A DNA stretch of 64,000 nt, from assembly GCA_048940605.1 (NCBI GenBank), contig JBHLOJ010000004.1:4509-68508 (forward strand), given 5' to 3'. This stretch comes from Promethearchaeota archaeon (lineage in GTDB: Archaea; Asgardarchaeota; Lokiarchaeia; Sigyniarchaeales; SOKP01). Made by a program: the position numbers and the translations under genes. Below, in pieces: positions 50,105 to 59,313 of the stretch. Within the stretch, counting starts at the first letter, position 1. Each line of letters begins with the position of its first letter. Under the pieces are notes generated by a model that was given only the letters and a program-made list of their open reading frames with translations, searched no databases and had not been told where the DNA came from.

Positions 50105-50560
50105 ATGGCAATACTAGAAGTTGGAATCAATATAGGGATGAAAAACTTAATTGAAATTAAGTATTATTTATCTTCGGATAATATCTTAGATCCTAATTTA
50201 CGTGCTGGATTTCTGACTGCATTGGAAAGTTTTACCAGTGAAGTTTTCGGTGATGATATTAACGTAATTTCTTTAGCAAGTTTTAAGTTAGTCTGCTACT
50301 GTGAAATGATACAAATGCCCAGTAATGATATCGAAAACAAACAACCATTATTATCATTTGCCATTATTGAAAAAGGAACAGAAGTTCAAGTAGTTAAAGA
50401 GCAATTAAGTGAAATTATTACTTATTTTTTAAACCGCTACTCGTTGAATGATATCTTTTCTAAAAAACCTAAATATTTTAAAGAATTTGAAACTCGTATA
50501 AACGAGATCTTAGGAGATTTAAGACTAAAAACAGAAGATAGATTCAGATCCATATTTTAA
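50105..50560 (+). CDS. Stand-alone longin-like domain protein
   Basis: Beta-beta-alpha start with DPNLRAGFLTALESFTSEVFG, similar to the longin segment of the 9303..14132 protein. Confidence 0.6.
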   Translation: MAILEVGINIGMKNLIEIKYYLSSDNILDPNLRAGFLTALESFTSEVFGDDINVISLASFKLVCYCEMIQMPSNDIENKQPLLSFAIIEKGTEVQVVKEQLSEIITYFLNRYSLNDIFSKKPKYFKEFETRINEILGDLRLKTEDRFRSIF

Positions 50561-50585
50561 AAATAATGTTTACAGGTTTTGATTT

Positions 50586-51782
50586 TTGAGTTCAAATATT
50601 GGAGCACCAGCTAAAGCGAAGTACCAAGAATATTTAGATGCAGGATCTTTAGAGTTAAAAATAAAGTTGCTAGAGGAATTCATTTCTTTGGTTCCTAAGC
50701 ATAAAGCAACAGAAAAAATTGTAGCGCTAAATAAATCTCGTCTTGCTAGGATGAAACGGGAGCTTGAAGACAAAAAGCAGCGACAAAAGGCAACTCAAAA
50801 GGTTATTAGCCCATTTTCAATTAAAAAAGAAGAAATTCAAATTATTCTGATTAGTGCTTATTATACTCCTGGAGCTGGAAAGACTTCCCTTTTAAATTTC
50901 TTAACGGGGGCAGCAGAAGAGAAGATTGGTAAATTTACTGCACTTCCTGAAATAGGAATCTATACCTATAATAAAATTCGATTTCAAATTGTTGAAATGC
51001 CGTCTATCATGAAAGGTGCGTCAGAAGGTATAGGAAATGGGAAAGAAATCTTATCACAACTTAGATCTTGTGATTTAATTTGTATATGTGTGGATCTTTC
51101 GAGAGATTTTAAAGAACAAATTAGTCTACTATTAGAAGAATTATCAAAAGCAGAAATCAGAATAAACATTCCTCCTCCACCAATAACAATTCAAAAAACG
51201 GGTTCAAACAAAATTCAGATCCTGTATTTATCAAATGAAGCTAAAGATATTGATGATATTGCAGACTTTACTGGAAAAATTAAAGAAATTGTTCATGAAA
51301 ATGGGATAAGAAATGCTATAGTGAAAATCTATGGATCTATTTCTTTTGATGATATTATCGATGCATTAAATCCTTCCGTTGTTTATAAAAAAGCTATTAT
51401 TATAGCAACAAAGGGAGATCTTCCTTATACTGAAAGTGTATTTGAAAGTTTGAAGCAAGAATATTCTGATAAATTTCCAAAAATAATAGGGACTAGCGTA
51501 AATAAGAGAAATTTCCCTCAAGATTTTGGTGAGTTAATTCTAAAATTTTTAGAGAAAATACGAATCTATACCATGAGTTCCGGAGGAGATATAGCAGAAA
51601 AACCATTAGTTATGGAGGAAAATTCAACAGTTAAAGATGCAGCAATGAAGATTCATAAAAGCTTCTATGAATCTTTTGATCACGCAATAGTCATAAGAGA
51701 AAGGGCTCGTCAAAAACGTAAAAAAGTAGGATTAGATTATGTATTAAAAGATAATGATATTTTAGAAATCCATATCACTTAA
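50586..51782 (+). CDS. DRG/OBG-family GTPase-like protein with TGS domain and degenerate G-motifs
   Basis: PKHKATE (DRG N-terminus), PGAGKTS, GASEG.G.G, TKGD, IRIYT, TV.D.A.KIH and C-terminal TGS VGLDY.L.D.DILEI. Confidence 0.85.
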   Translation: MSSNIGAPAKAKYQEYLDAGSLELKIKLLEEFISLVPKHKATEKIVALNKSRLARMKRELEDKKQRQKATQKVISPFSIKKEEIQIILISAYYTPGAGKTSLLNFLTGAAEEKIGKFTALPEIGIYTYNKIRFQIVEMPSIMKGASEGIGNGKEILSQLRSCDLICICVDLSRDFKEQISLLLEELSKAEIRINIPPPPITIQKTGSNKIQILYLSNEAKDIDDIADFTGKIKEIVHENGIRNAIVKIYGSISFDDIIDALNPSVVYKKAIIIATKGDLPYTESVFESLKQEYSDKFPKIIGTSVNKRNFPQDFGELILKFLEKIRIYTMSSGGDIAEKPLVMEENSTVKDAAMKIHKSFYESFDHAIVIRERARQKRKKVGLDYVLKDNDILEIHIT

Positions 51783-51806
51783 TTTTATTCAAATAACGAT
51801 TTATAT

Positions 51807-54476
51807 TCAATATTTTATCTGATCTATTAGCTTTGGGATGCTTTGTACCTCTATATCATATTGCGGATCTAAATCTAAATTTCCCTCTAATATGTTTTTA
51901 ATGCTCTCTAAACTATGGATTAAATTTTCAAGATATCCAATTATATCCCCCTTTTGAATTATAATTTTGTATTTCTCCATTAAGTAATTAGAAATTTCCT
52001 CTACATTAAGATTTTGATCTACTCGCAAATTTAAAATCATTTTTTCAAGGTTTAATCGACCACAATCACAATATGGTGAATCTTTACAATCACAATTAAA
52101 AATATCACTTACCCATTTCGAAATGAATTCAATAAATTCTTTAGAGAATGATTTACGTTTCTTTACATACTCAGCATTCATAAGAGAAAGAACACTACCA
52201 CTAAATAAGTTATTACTACGATATCTCATATTCACATTTTTTGCTAAATCTATTACTACTCCCTTTGATAAATACACATTCTTAATCGGTTGAAGGTCAA
52301 GAGCAATACTAGTTATTGATTTTTCCTTATTTTTTACCATCTCAATAATTTCTAAACATTGTTCTATTGAGAGAAATGATTTTGCGATAGCTTGCCCCAA
52401 ATAAGTTGATTTAAATATAAAATTTTCCTTAATCCTTAAAAGTTTCATCTGATTTAATTTTTTTAAAAGAGAGTCTAAATCATAATTATTATTAATTAAA
52501 AGATTGAAAAACACATAGATACTATCTTTTTTGATACCATCATTGAACATAGATATTAAAGCTAATAATTCTGTTAGACTTTTACTTTCATTTGGTGGTA
52601 ATTCAAAATCTTTGATCTTTCCTGTTAATAATCGTATAGCAATTTCTTCTTCAGTTTCCTTCATTTTAGGGGAATACTTCTTTCCTGGTTGAACTAATAA
52701 ATAAGCATACCCAAGATTATGTTTTTTTAGCCTGCCAGAACGTCCTAACATCTGTTCGAATTCAGCAACTGTTAACCATTTTACGCCCATTGCTAAGGAT
52801 TCAAATATTACTTGACTTGCTGGAAGATCTACTCCTGCGGCTAGTGCGGCAGTTGCAACTACTCCCGCAATTTTTTGAGATTGAAAATCTTCTTCAATGA
52901 CTTTTCGCTCTTCATTAGTGAGTCCAGAATGATAAGCAACTATATTTATCCCTTTTTCCTGTAAATTTGATGAGATTGATTCACACTTCTTTCTAGTGTT
53001 AGTAAAAATAATGGATTGACCCCTAAATCCGTACTTAGATTTTTTAATATAAGCATCTTTGACTAATTTTGATACATGCTTGTACTTTTGGCCCTCATTA
53101 AGGCATAATAGAAGATGTCTCTCAATAGGAACTGGTCTGTTGTTATACATTATTAATTTGCATTTTAATTTATCTGCTAAAAGTTTAGGTTCTCCCAGTG
53201 TTGCACTAAGATATAAGAATTGAGCTTCATCAAAAAACAATTTTAAACGAGCAATAAAACCATCTAAAAAATATCCTCTTTCTGAATCTATTAATGTTTG
53301 TATTTCGTCTACAACTATTGTACCTACATTTCCTAATAAGGATTTTTTTCCACTTCTCAAAATAAAATCTATTGCTTCATATGTAGCTATGATTATATCT
53401 GCATCGATTAAATCCTCTGGTATAAACTCTTCACTTCTATCAAATAAAGATTCACCTACCTTTTTTAAAACTCGTAAGCTTAAAGGTTTATATCTTTCTT
53501 TAAATTCTTCTGATCTTAGGTTAGCTAAAGCAACAATTGGTACAAGATATAACATTTTTGCACTTCTTTCCTTTAAGACTTTTGAGATACCTGCTAATTC
53601 ACCAACTAAAGTTTTCCCTCCTGAAGTAGGAGCCATTATTAATTGGCTTGTAAATTCTCTTATTAATCCTTTTTCAACTGAAAGAGCTTGGATTGGTAAT
53701 AAATATTCAAATTTCAACTTTCTTAAAACCATTTTTAAGGGCTGAGGAATCTCTAAATCTTCAATTTTCTGATTGTAGTATCTTTTACTAATTGGAGATT
53801 TTTGTTCAATATCATAAAGAGTAATATCCTTATTATTAACAGGATTAAAATCAGCTTGAAATGCAGTTAAAACTTTTTTTACGTCTCTAAACTTTAGTAT
53901 CATATGTGTAAAGAAGCCTTTTAGCTTTGGATTAATTCGATCTTGATTAATTAAACCTCTTAGCTTTGCTTGTCTGAAAATGATATCATAAGCGCATTCA
54001 GAACATAATATTTGATTTTTAAAAGATTTTATTTGACTCTTTTCATTTAATATAGTAAATTTTTGAGTACTTAAACACGATTTACAAAAAGTTAGGTTTT
54101 TTATTTTTTTTTCCGCAAACTGAAAGTTTTTAAGCATTTCATTTATAGGACTAAGACTTTCAAGAGAAGATTGGCTTGAAAATGCAATAAATCTGTTTTT
54201 ATCAGAGATTAAAAATTTTTTAAAGAGACGAGGATTAATCGGAGCAATAGTTCCATCCTTTTCAATTTTATTAAATGTTAATGGACGATAGCTATTCTTA
54301 AAATCTAGACCAAGAAGAATAGTACCCCTAAAAAAAGGTTCATTGATATAGGAAAATTTGAAATCTTCTTCCTTATACTTTTTTAGATAAAAGAAATTAA
54401 CATCAAAAATCAACTCTTTCTTCTTTAGAACTTGACGATCTAAAACTATAAAAAAATCTCTTGAAGATATGCTCAA
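51807..54476 (-). CDS. Archaea-specific SF2 (Ski2-like, DUF5814/COG1202-type) helicase
   Basis: Motifs LLPIQ, APTSGGKTLVGELAG, DEIQ, LSAT, YHSGL, ALAAGVD.PA and QMLGRSGR; C-terminal C.C...PYC.CG. Confidence 0.9.
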   Translation of the reverse strand: MSISSRDFFIVLDRQVLKKKELIFDVNFFYLKKYKEEDFKFSYINEPFFRGTILLGLDFKNSYRPLTFNKIEKDGTIAPINPRLFKKFLISDKNRFIAFSSQSSLESLSPINEMLKNFQFAEKKIKNLTFCKSCLSTQKFTILNEKSQIKSFKNQILCSECAYDIIFRQAKLRGLINQDRINPKLKGFFTHMILKFRDVKKVLTAFQADFNPVNNKDITLYDIEQKSPISKRYYNQKIEDLEIPQPLKMVLRKLKFEYLLPIQALSVEKGLIREFTSQLIMAPTSGGKTLVGELAGISKVLKERSAKMLYLVPIVALANLRSEEFKERYKPLSLRVLKKVGESLFDRSEEFIPEDLIDADIIIATYEAIDFILRSGKKSLLGNVGTIVVDEIQTLIDSERGYFLDGFIARLKLFFDEAQFLYLSATLGEPKLLADKLKCKLIMYNNRPVPIERHLLLCLNEGQKYKHVSKLVKDAYIKKSKYGFRGQSIIFTNTRKKCESISSNLQEKGINIVAYHSGLTNEERKVIEEDFQSQKIAGVVATAALAAGVDLPASQVIFESLAMGVKWLTVAEFEQMLGRSGRLKKHNLGYAYLLVQPGKKYSPKMKETEEEIAIRLLTGKIKDFELPPNESKSLTELLALISMFNDGIKKDSIYVFFNLLINNNYDLDSLLKKLNQMKLLRIKENFIFKSTYLGQAIAKSFLSIEQCLEIIEMVKNKEKSITSIALDLQPIKNVYLSKGVVIDLAKNVNMRYRSNNLFSGSVLSLMNAEYVKKRKSFSKEFIEFISKWVSDIFNCDCKDSPYCDCGRLNLEKMILNLRVDQNLNVEEISNYLMEKYKIIIQKGDIIGYLENLIHSLESIKNILEGNLDLDPQYDIEVQSIPKLIDQIKY

Positions 54477-54593
54477 ATATGATACCTTTTAATAAGTTAA
54501 GTTGTAACTAAAATGAATTAAAAAAAACACTTCAATTTTACTGTTTTCAATTAGAAAATGCAATGAAATAAGTCATTAAAAAAGAATAGAAAT

Positions 54594-54755
54594 TTAAAAA
54601 CCAAAAACTCGTTTGATTTTATCATAGACTTCCTTAATCTGTCTTAACTTTCCTTCATCTCCTTGATTTAGAAAGTGTTCAATCCATCTCCCAAAATCAC
54701 CGCCTTTAATCCATTCAAGGAAATATTCAACCGACTGGCGCTCATCAGCAGACAT
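54594..54755 (-). CDS. Small 53-aa hypothetical protein, missing from the ORF track
   Basis: Hand translation: MSADERQSVEYFLEWIKGGDFGRWIEHFLNQGDEGKLRQIKEVYDKIKRVFGF*; locally GC-richer than its flanks. Confidence 0.65.
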   Translation of the reverse strand: MSADERQSVEYFLEWIKGGDFGRWIEHFLNQGDEGKLRQIKEVYDKIKRVFGF

Positions 54756-54904
54756 TTTTTATTCGTATTTTTTTTATTTAGGTTTTTAATTTTATTTTTC
54801 TTTTATATAAAAATTATAAATTATTCTATTTTATATTTTTATAATTCTAAACCAATTAAATAAAGTTAATTAAATTCACAATTTATTTTTATAAGTGATT
54901 ATAT

Positions 54905-55861
54905 ATGTCAGTAAGAATAAAAACACCAAATTTAGATGATATATTCGAAAAGTGGAAGCAAAAAGCTTCAAGAACGGATCGTAAGAAAATGGAAAAAGAA
55001 TTTGGAACTAAAGGTGCTGTATTTTCCTTGGATGTGATTAGTGCGGCTGAATATGTGAAGGATACCATGAAGGAAGCAGCGATCTATTTTGCTGTCAAGA
55101 AATCTCTCGGTCCTGCGCCAAAAGGAAAGAAAGAAAGTACAGTAACAGCTCCCAGAGTAGGAAGAGAGCAGTTTTATTCATTCAAAGGAGCTGGTAAGAT
55201 TAACAAAGAGGAATGGAAAGGAAATGAAATTGTCCCTCAATTTGAATCGATTCAATCAGTTCCCTGTAATACGTGTAAAGGAAAAGGTTATCTTGAGAAT
55301 AAATGCAAAACATGTAAAGGTACTGGTAAAATCGAAGAAAATTTAAATGTGCTTGTTGGAGAAGAACAAAATAAAGAAAAAAAGCCATTTACTTATCCAT
55401 GTGGCGCATGTTATGGGACTGGAACTAGAACGGAACCTTGTAAAGATTGCGGTGGACATAAAAACCTTTATAAATATGAGGAACTCCCCGTACCCTTCCA
55501 AACCGTAATTACTGGTGTTCCAATATTACATAGTAGTGCTCAAACTAAATACGAAAAAGAAATAGGAGATGATCTTCATAAAATGATTGAAGATGTAGAA
55601 GGAATTAGATTCAGCGATTTTAAAGAGTTAGACTCAAAAGCAGAGGCATCCTTGGGATATTGGAATAAAAATATAAAAAAAACAATAACGTCTGCTGGGA
55701 GTGATTATAAAACCTATGAAAAGGAAAAAGATGCTCAAATTACTTCTCAAATCTATCTTTTCCCTATGATTCAAATGTTTGCTGAAACAAAACGAGGTAA
55801 AAGGTTTGAAATTTACAGTCTTGGTTCAGGAACCAAATTTATGGTATATTCAAATTTCTAA
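54905..55861 (+). CDS. DnaJ-type zinc-finger protein lacking a J domain (SSUH2-like)
   Basis: CNTCKGKG, CKTCKGTG, CGACYGTG and CKDCGG motifs; no HPD motif. Confidence 0.7.
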   Translation: MSVRIKTPNLDDIFEKWKQKASRTDRKKMEKEFGTKGAVFSLDVISAAEYVKDTMKEAAIYFAVKKSLGPAPKGKKESTVTAPRVGREQFYSFKGAGKINKEEWKGNEIVPQFESIQSVPCNTCKGKGYLENKCKTCKGTGKIEENLNVLVGEEQNKEKKPFTYPCGACYGTGTRTEPCKDCGGHKNLYKYEELPVPFQTVITGVPILHSSAQTKYEKEIGDDLHKMIEDVEGIRFSDFKELDSKAEASLGYWNKNIKKTITSAGSDYKTYEKEKDAQITSQIYLFPMIQMFAETKRGKRFEIYSLGSGTKFMVYSNF

Positions 55862-55865
55862 CCCA

Positions 55866-55876
55866 TTTTTTTTTTT
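55866..55876 (+). terminator. Oligo-U terminator
   Basis: T11 run starting 5 nt after the stop. Confidence 0.55.
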
Positions 55877-55996
55877 AATTTGAGGAAAGTGATTTTTTAA
55901 TGCAATTCCAGTCAATAATTTATCCAAAAATTATATATATAAGTTTGAACTTATATATAAATTAAAACTTATAAGTTTGTAAAAAGGTTAAAAAAC

Positions 55997-56617
55997 ATGG
56001 TTATTGATGATAAATCTAACGATACCATCTCCCAAAAAGAGTCTGAAAATTTTAAAGGATATATCTTACCAATAAATGGTTTAGTACTTTCGATAACTGC
56101 TATTTTTACGGCTTTATCTTTTGTAATAACTTTTTGGATCCAGATTCCTATCCCCGCAACTGGAGGATATATTAATATCGGTGATACTGCCGTTATGTTT
56201 ACTGCTCTTTTATTTGGACCGATCATAGGTGGCATTGCGGGAGGTGTTGGACCCATGTTAGCGGATATCTTCTCAGGCGCTTATATCATTTATGCTCCTG
56301 CTACACTGGTTATTAAAGGTATTGAAGGATTTTTAATCGGTTTAATTGCCAATCCAAAAGATTGTGAAGGTAGAGTTTCTACAGCTGATGTGTTTGCTGT
56401 AATTCTCGGAGGCTTCTTAATTCCTGTGGGTTATTTCATTTATGAGGCTTTTATACTTGGTTTAGGAGTTGTAGCTTTTGCCGAGGTACCTGGTAACTGC
56501 TTTCAGTTTATATTTGCGGCATCTTTATCCTTATTACTTACTGCTGCCTCAAGAAAGAATATAATCGATGGTTTACCAGAGGTTTTTGATAAAATATTTA
56601 TTACTCAATCTCAATAA
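55997..56617 (+). CDS. ECF transporter S component
   Basis: Motifs IPATGGYINIGD, LLFGP, GP.LAD and APATL.IKG.EG. Confidence 0.88.
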   Translation: MVIDDKSNDTISQKESENFKGYILPINGLVLSITAIFTALSFVITFWIQIPIPATGGYINIGDTAVMFTALLFGPIIGGIAGGVGPMLADIFSGAYIIYAPATLVIKGIEGFLIGLIANPKDCEGRVSTADVFAVILGGFLIPVGYFIYEAFILGLGVVAFAEVPGNCFQFIFAASLSLLLTAASRKNIIDGLPEVFDKIFITQSQ

Positions 56618-56622
56618 ATTGC

Positions 56623-58050
56623 TTATAACAATGTAATTAGAACATCTAAAGCATCTAAAACTTTTTTTCCACTGTCAGTAATAAAATATAAAACATTTTT
56701 CCCTTCTTTTTTTCTTGAGATTAAACCCTTTACTTCTAAGTCTTTAAGATGTTGATAAATTGCTGGTAATTTCACATAATCAATAATTTCATTAAGATTT
56801 GTTCCCGATATTCCTCTAATACTTGATAATGAAATTTGGGACAATATTTTTAATTTTGTGATTATAATTGATCCTTTTCCTGTAGTTCTCGCCTGTGAAG
56901 AGATGGCTTCTAATATATAGGGTACTTTTAAACCACTACCAGTAATTAAGCAAACAATACTATCATTTGGATCAAAGTTATTTTTTAGCTGTAATTTTTC
57001 TACTGCCGCTAGAGTCAATGCAGATGCAGGTTCAGCGAAAATACCCTCATTTCTTATAAGTGCATCAATTGAACTTAAAATTGATTCTTCAGGAACTGCT
57101 ATAACTGTTCCCTCACTTTCTCTAATACTTTTAATAGCCAATTCTATAAATATAGGCTTTTTTACTAAAATACCTAAAGCAAGAGAGTTAGTTATTTTTC
57201 GATTAATTGGTTTATCTTTCTTTAAAAATTCATTAACGATAGGGGATGAAACTTGAGATTGCACCCCGACTAACTTAGGTAACTGATCAGTAAGACCCGC
57301 TTTATTAAGCTCATAAAATCCTTTCCATAGACTTACTAATAATTCCCCACTTCCCATAGGAATAATAATCCAATCTAACTTTTTCATCTGTTTTACTACT
57401 TCATAAGCAATGGTTTTTTGAGCTTCTAGTGTAAGAGGATTCAGTTCTGGCGTACATTGATAATAAGCATCAAACTTTTTTTGTTCTAAAATATAATCAA
57501 TTCCTTCATCCACAGTTTCTCCAATTATTTCTAAATTAGAATTGTAAGCAATCATTTGGGCTTTTTTCCCTAAATCGATTTCTTTAGGGATGATATTTAA
57601 ACATTCCAAATCTTTAAGGGATGCGTAAGCAGATATTGAAGCTCCTTGATTCCCATTCGAAACACAAATTGTTTTTTTATAATCCCACGTAAGTGCATGA
57701 GAAATCAACAATGCAGCAGCACGGTCTTTAAAAGAGTTAGTTGGATTTTGAGTTTCATCTTTAAAAAACAGCCTTTTGATTCCTAAATTTTTTCCAATAT
57801 TAGTTGAAATTCTACAAGGAGTTCCCCCTTCTCCCAATGAAATGATAAATTGATTTTCTATTTTGGGAAATGCAAATTTATAATCCCAAAATTTATTATT
57901 AACTTTAATTTGTGTGAAATTCTGTTTAAGGCTTTTTAAATTGGGCTCAAACCACAATAATCCTTTACATTCAGGACACTTATGTTGAATAGAGGTAAAT
58001 TCATACTTTTTTTCACAATTTATACAAGTTAGAATTATTGGTTTTTTAAT
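56623..58050 (-). CDS. thrC: Threonine synthase-like PLP enzyme with N-terminal zinc ribbon and C-terminal wHTH fusion; probable ATT start
   Basis: SLGEGGTP, NPTNSFKDR (PLP Lys), S.GN, P.GSG, EPASA and ITGSGLK. The frame upstream of the track start encodes LTCINCEKKY...CPECKGLL and is closed by TAA. The tail IYQHLKDLEVKGLI...Y.ITDSGK is a wHTH. Confidence 0.8.
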   Translation of the reverse strand: MKKPIILTCINCEKKYEFTSIQHKCPECKGLLWFEPNLKSLKQNFTQIKVNNKFWDYKFAFPKIENQFIISLGEGGTPCRISTNIGKNLGIKRLFFKDETQNPTNSFKDRAAALLISHALTWDYKKTICVSNGNQGASISAYASLKDLECLNIIPKEIDLGKKAQMIAYNSNLEIIGETVDEGIDYILEQKKFDAYYQCTPELNPLTLEAQKTIAYEVVKQMKKLDWIIIPMGSGELLVSLWKGFYELNKAGLTDQLPKLVGVQSQVSSPIVNEFLKKDKPINRKITNSLALGILVKKPIFIELAIKSIRESEGTVIAVPEESILSSIDALIRNEGIFAEPASALTLAAVEKLQLKNNFDPNDSIVCLITGSGLKVPYILEAISSQARTTGKGSIIITKLKILSQISLSSIRGISGTNLNEIIDYVKLPAIYQHLKDLEVKGLISRKKEGKNVLYFITDSGKKVLDALDVLITLL

Positions 58051-58113
58051 AATGAAATAACCTTAAAGATAAAATTTAATATTGATTTATTCATTAATTG
58101 GTTTTTCTGATTA

Positions 58114-58695
58114 TTAAGTCCTTTTAACAAACTTTCTTCTTTTGAGATAGAAAAATTCTCTATTGTTTTTAACTCTATTAAGAAATAGCTTGAATTGCTT
58201 TGGAGATCTAAGCCTAATAAATTGTATGTTCGAATAATAATCTGATTTAATTAAAGCTTCATATTTTTTTCTGACCCTCCTATGAGATATTATTGCGTAA
58301 AAGACGATGGAATTCTTACTGAATAGGGCCCTTAACGTCTCTCTATTTCCCGTACCAGACCAGAGTTCTTCTCTTGTAATAATTCTCTTAGTTGCCCTTA
58401 TGATCGCTTGATATAATATACGAGGGAAGCTAAAATCAAGCCAAATAATGGTAGTAACTCTTTTCCTTTTTACGGGGATGGTTCTTGTATAGTTACCATC
58501 CAATATCAAACTATCTCCTTTTAATGCTAAACGCAATTTCGAACAGAAATCTTCATAACTAGATGGATACCAATTTGGTCCCCAAAACAATCCATCCATC
58601 TCGATATGGGGCACAGATAAAATATTAAACAACCTCTTGCTAAATATTATTTTAACCGAGTTGCTTGTTCCTACCACGTTTATTCTCACGACCAA
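58114..58695 (-). CDS. Adenylate-kinase-like / FlaR-family P-loop protein with a degraded Walker A (possibly decaying)
   Basis: IE.D.LFW.PNW, ILDGNY, IIWLD and REELWSGTGNRE; the P-loop reads GTSNSVKI instead of GxxGxGKS. Confidence 0.65.
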   Translation of the reverse strand: MVVRINVVGTSNSVKIIFSKRLFNILSVPHIEMDGLFWGPNWYPSSYEDFCSKLRLALKGDSLILDGNYTRTIPVKRKRVTTIIWLDFSFPRILYQAIIRATKRIITREELWSGTGNRETLRALFSKNSIVFYAIISHRRVRKKYEALIKSDYYSNIQFIRLRSPKQFKLFLNRVKNNREFFYLKRRKFVKRT

Positions 58696-58747
58696 TTCTT
58701 CTCTTTACATCTATCCACAGGACGTTATTGTCAGCAATTAACAATAA

Positions 58748-58987
58748 CTATGGTTCAAATTTTTCATCATGGATAATTTTATTTATCGCGAGAAGGCAAG
58801 CTTCTTCCCAATCGTCGTTAGGATCAATACTTTTACAGCAATCAGGGCACCAATCATCAGGATAACCGCTATCAAAATCTTCATCTTCCATAGCACCATT
58901 TAGTATGCTACCACAATAAAAGCAAACTCCATCATCATACCTATCTAAAATTTCAGAAATTAATTTGATTTTTTTTTTAGGATTCAT
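58748..58987 (-). CDS. Small Cys-rich acidic hypothetical protein (zinc-finger-like)
   Basis: ATG 58987 gives MNPKKK...; CFYC...WCPDCC motifs. Confidence 0.65.
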   Translation of the reverse strand: MNPKKKIKLISEILDRYDDGVCFYCGSILNGAMEDEDFDSGYPDDWCPDCCKSIDPNDDWEEACLLAINKIIHDEKFEP

Positions 58988-59313
58988 GTTTGTATCAGAA
59001 ATTTTATTTAAAATATTATAAAATAAGAAAAAGAACAATATAAGTATTTAATGATAATTAAGAAACAAATGAAAATTATATGAAATCGGGTTCATTAATC
59101 TATTTTCAATTTTTCTAAAGGATTTATTTTCAAAGAAATGTTAAATCCAATTTTTAATACGTTCATTATTTAACTCTATAGATTAGCTAAATAAATATAA
59201 ATATATGTAATCTATTTTGTTTTTAAGAATTAAATTGAATTTAATAATTGATTGAGACATTTTTCAAATTTATTACATAGATACCACTATATTTAGTCTA
59301 GGCGATACAATAA

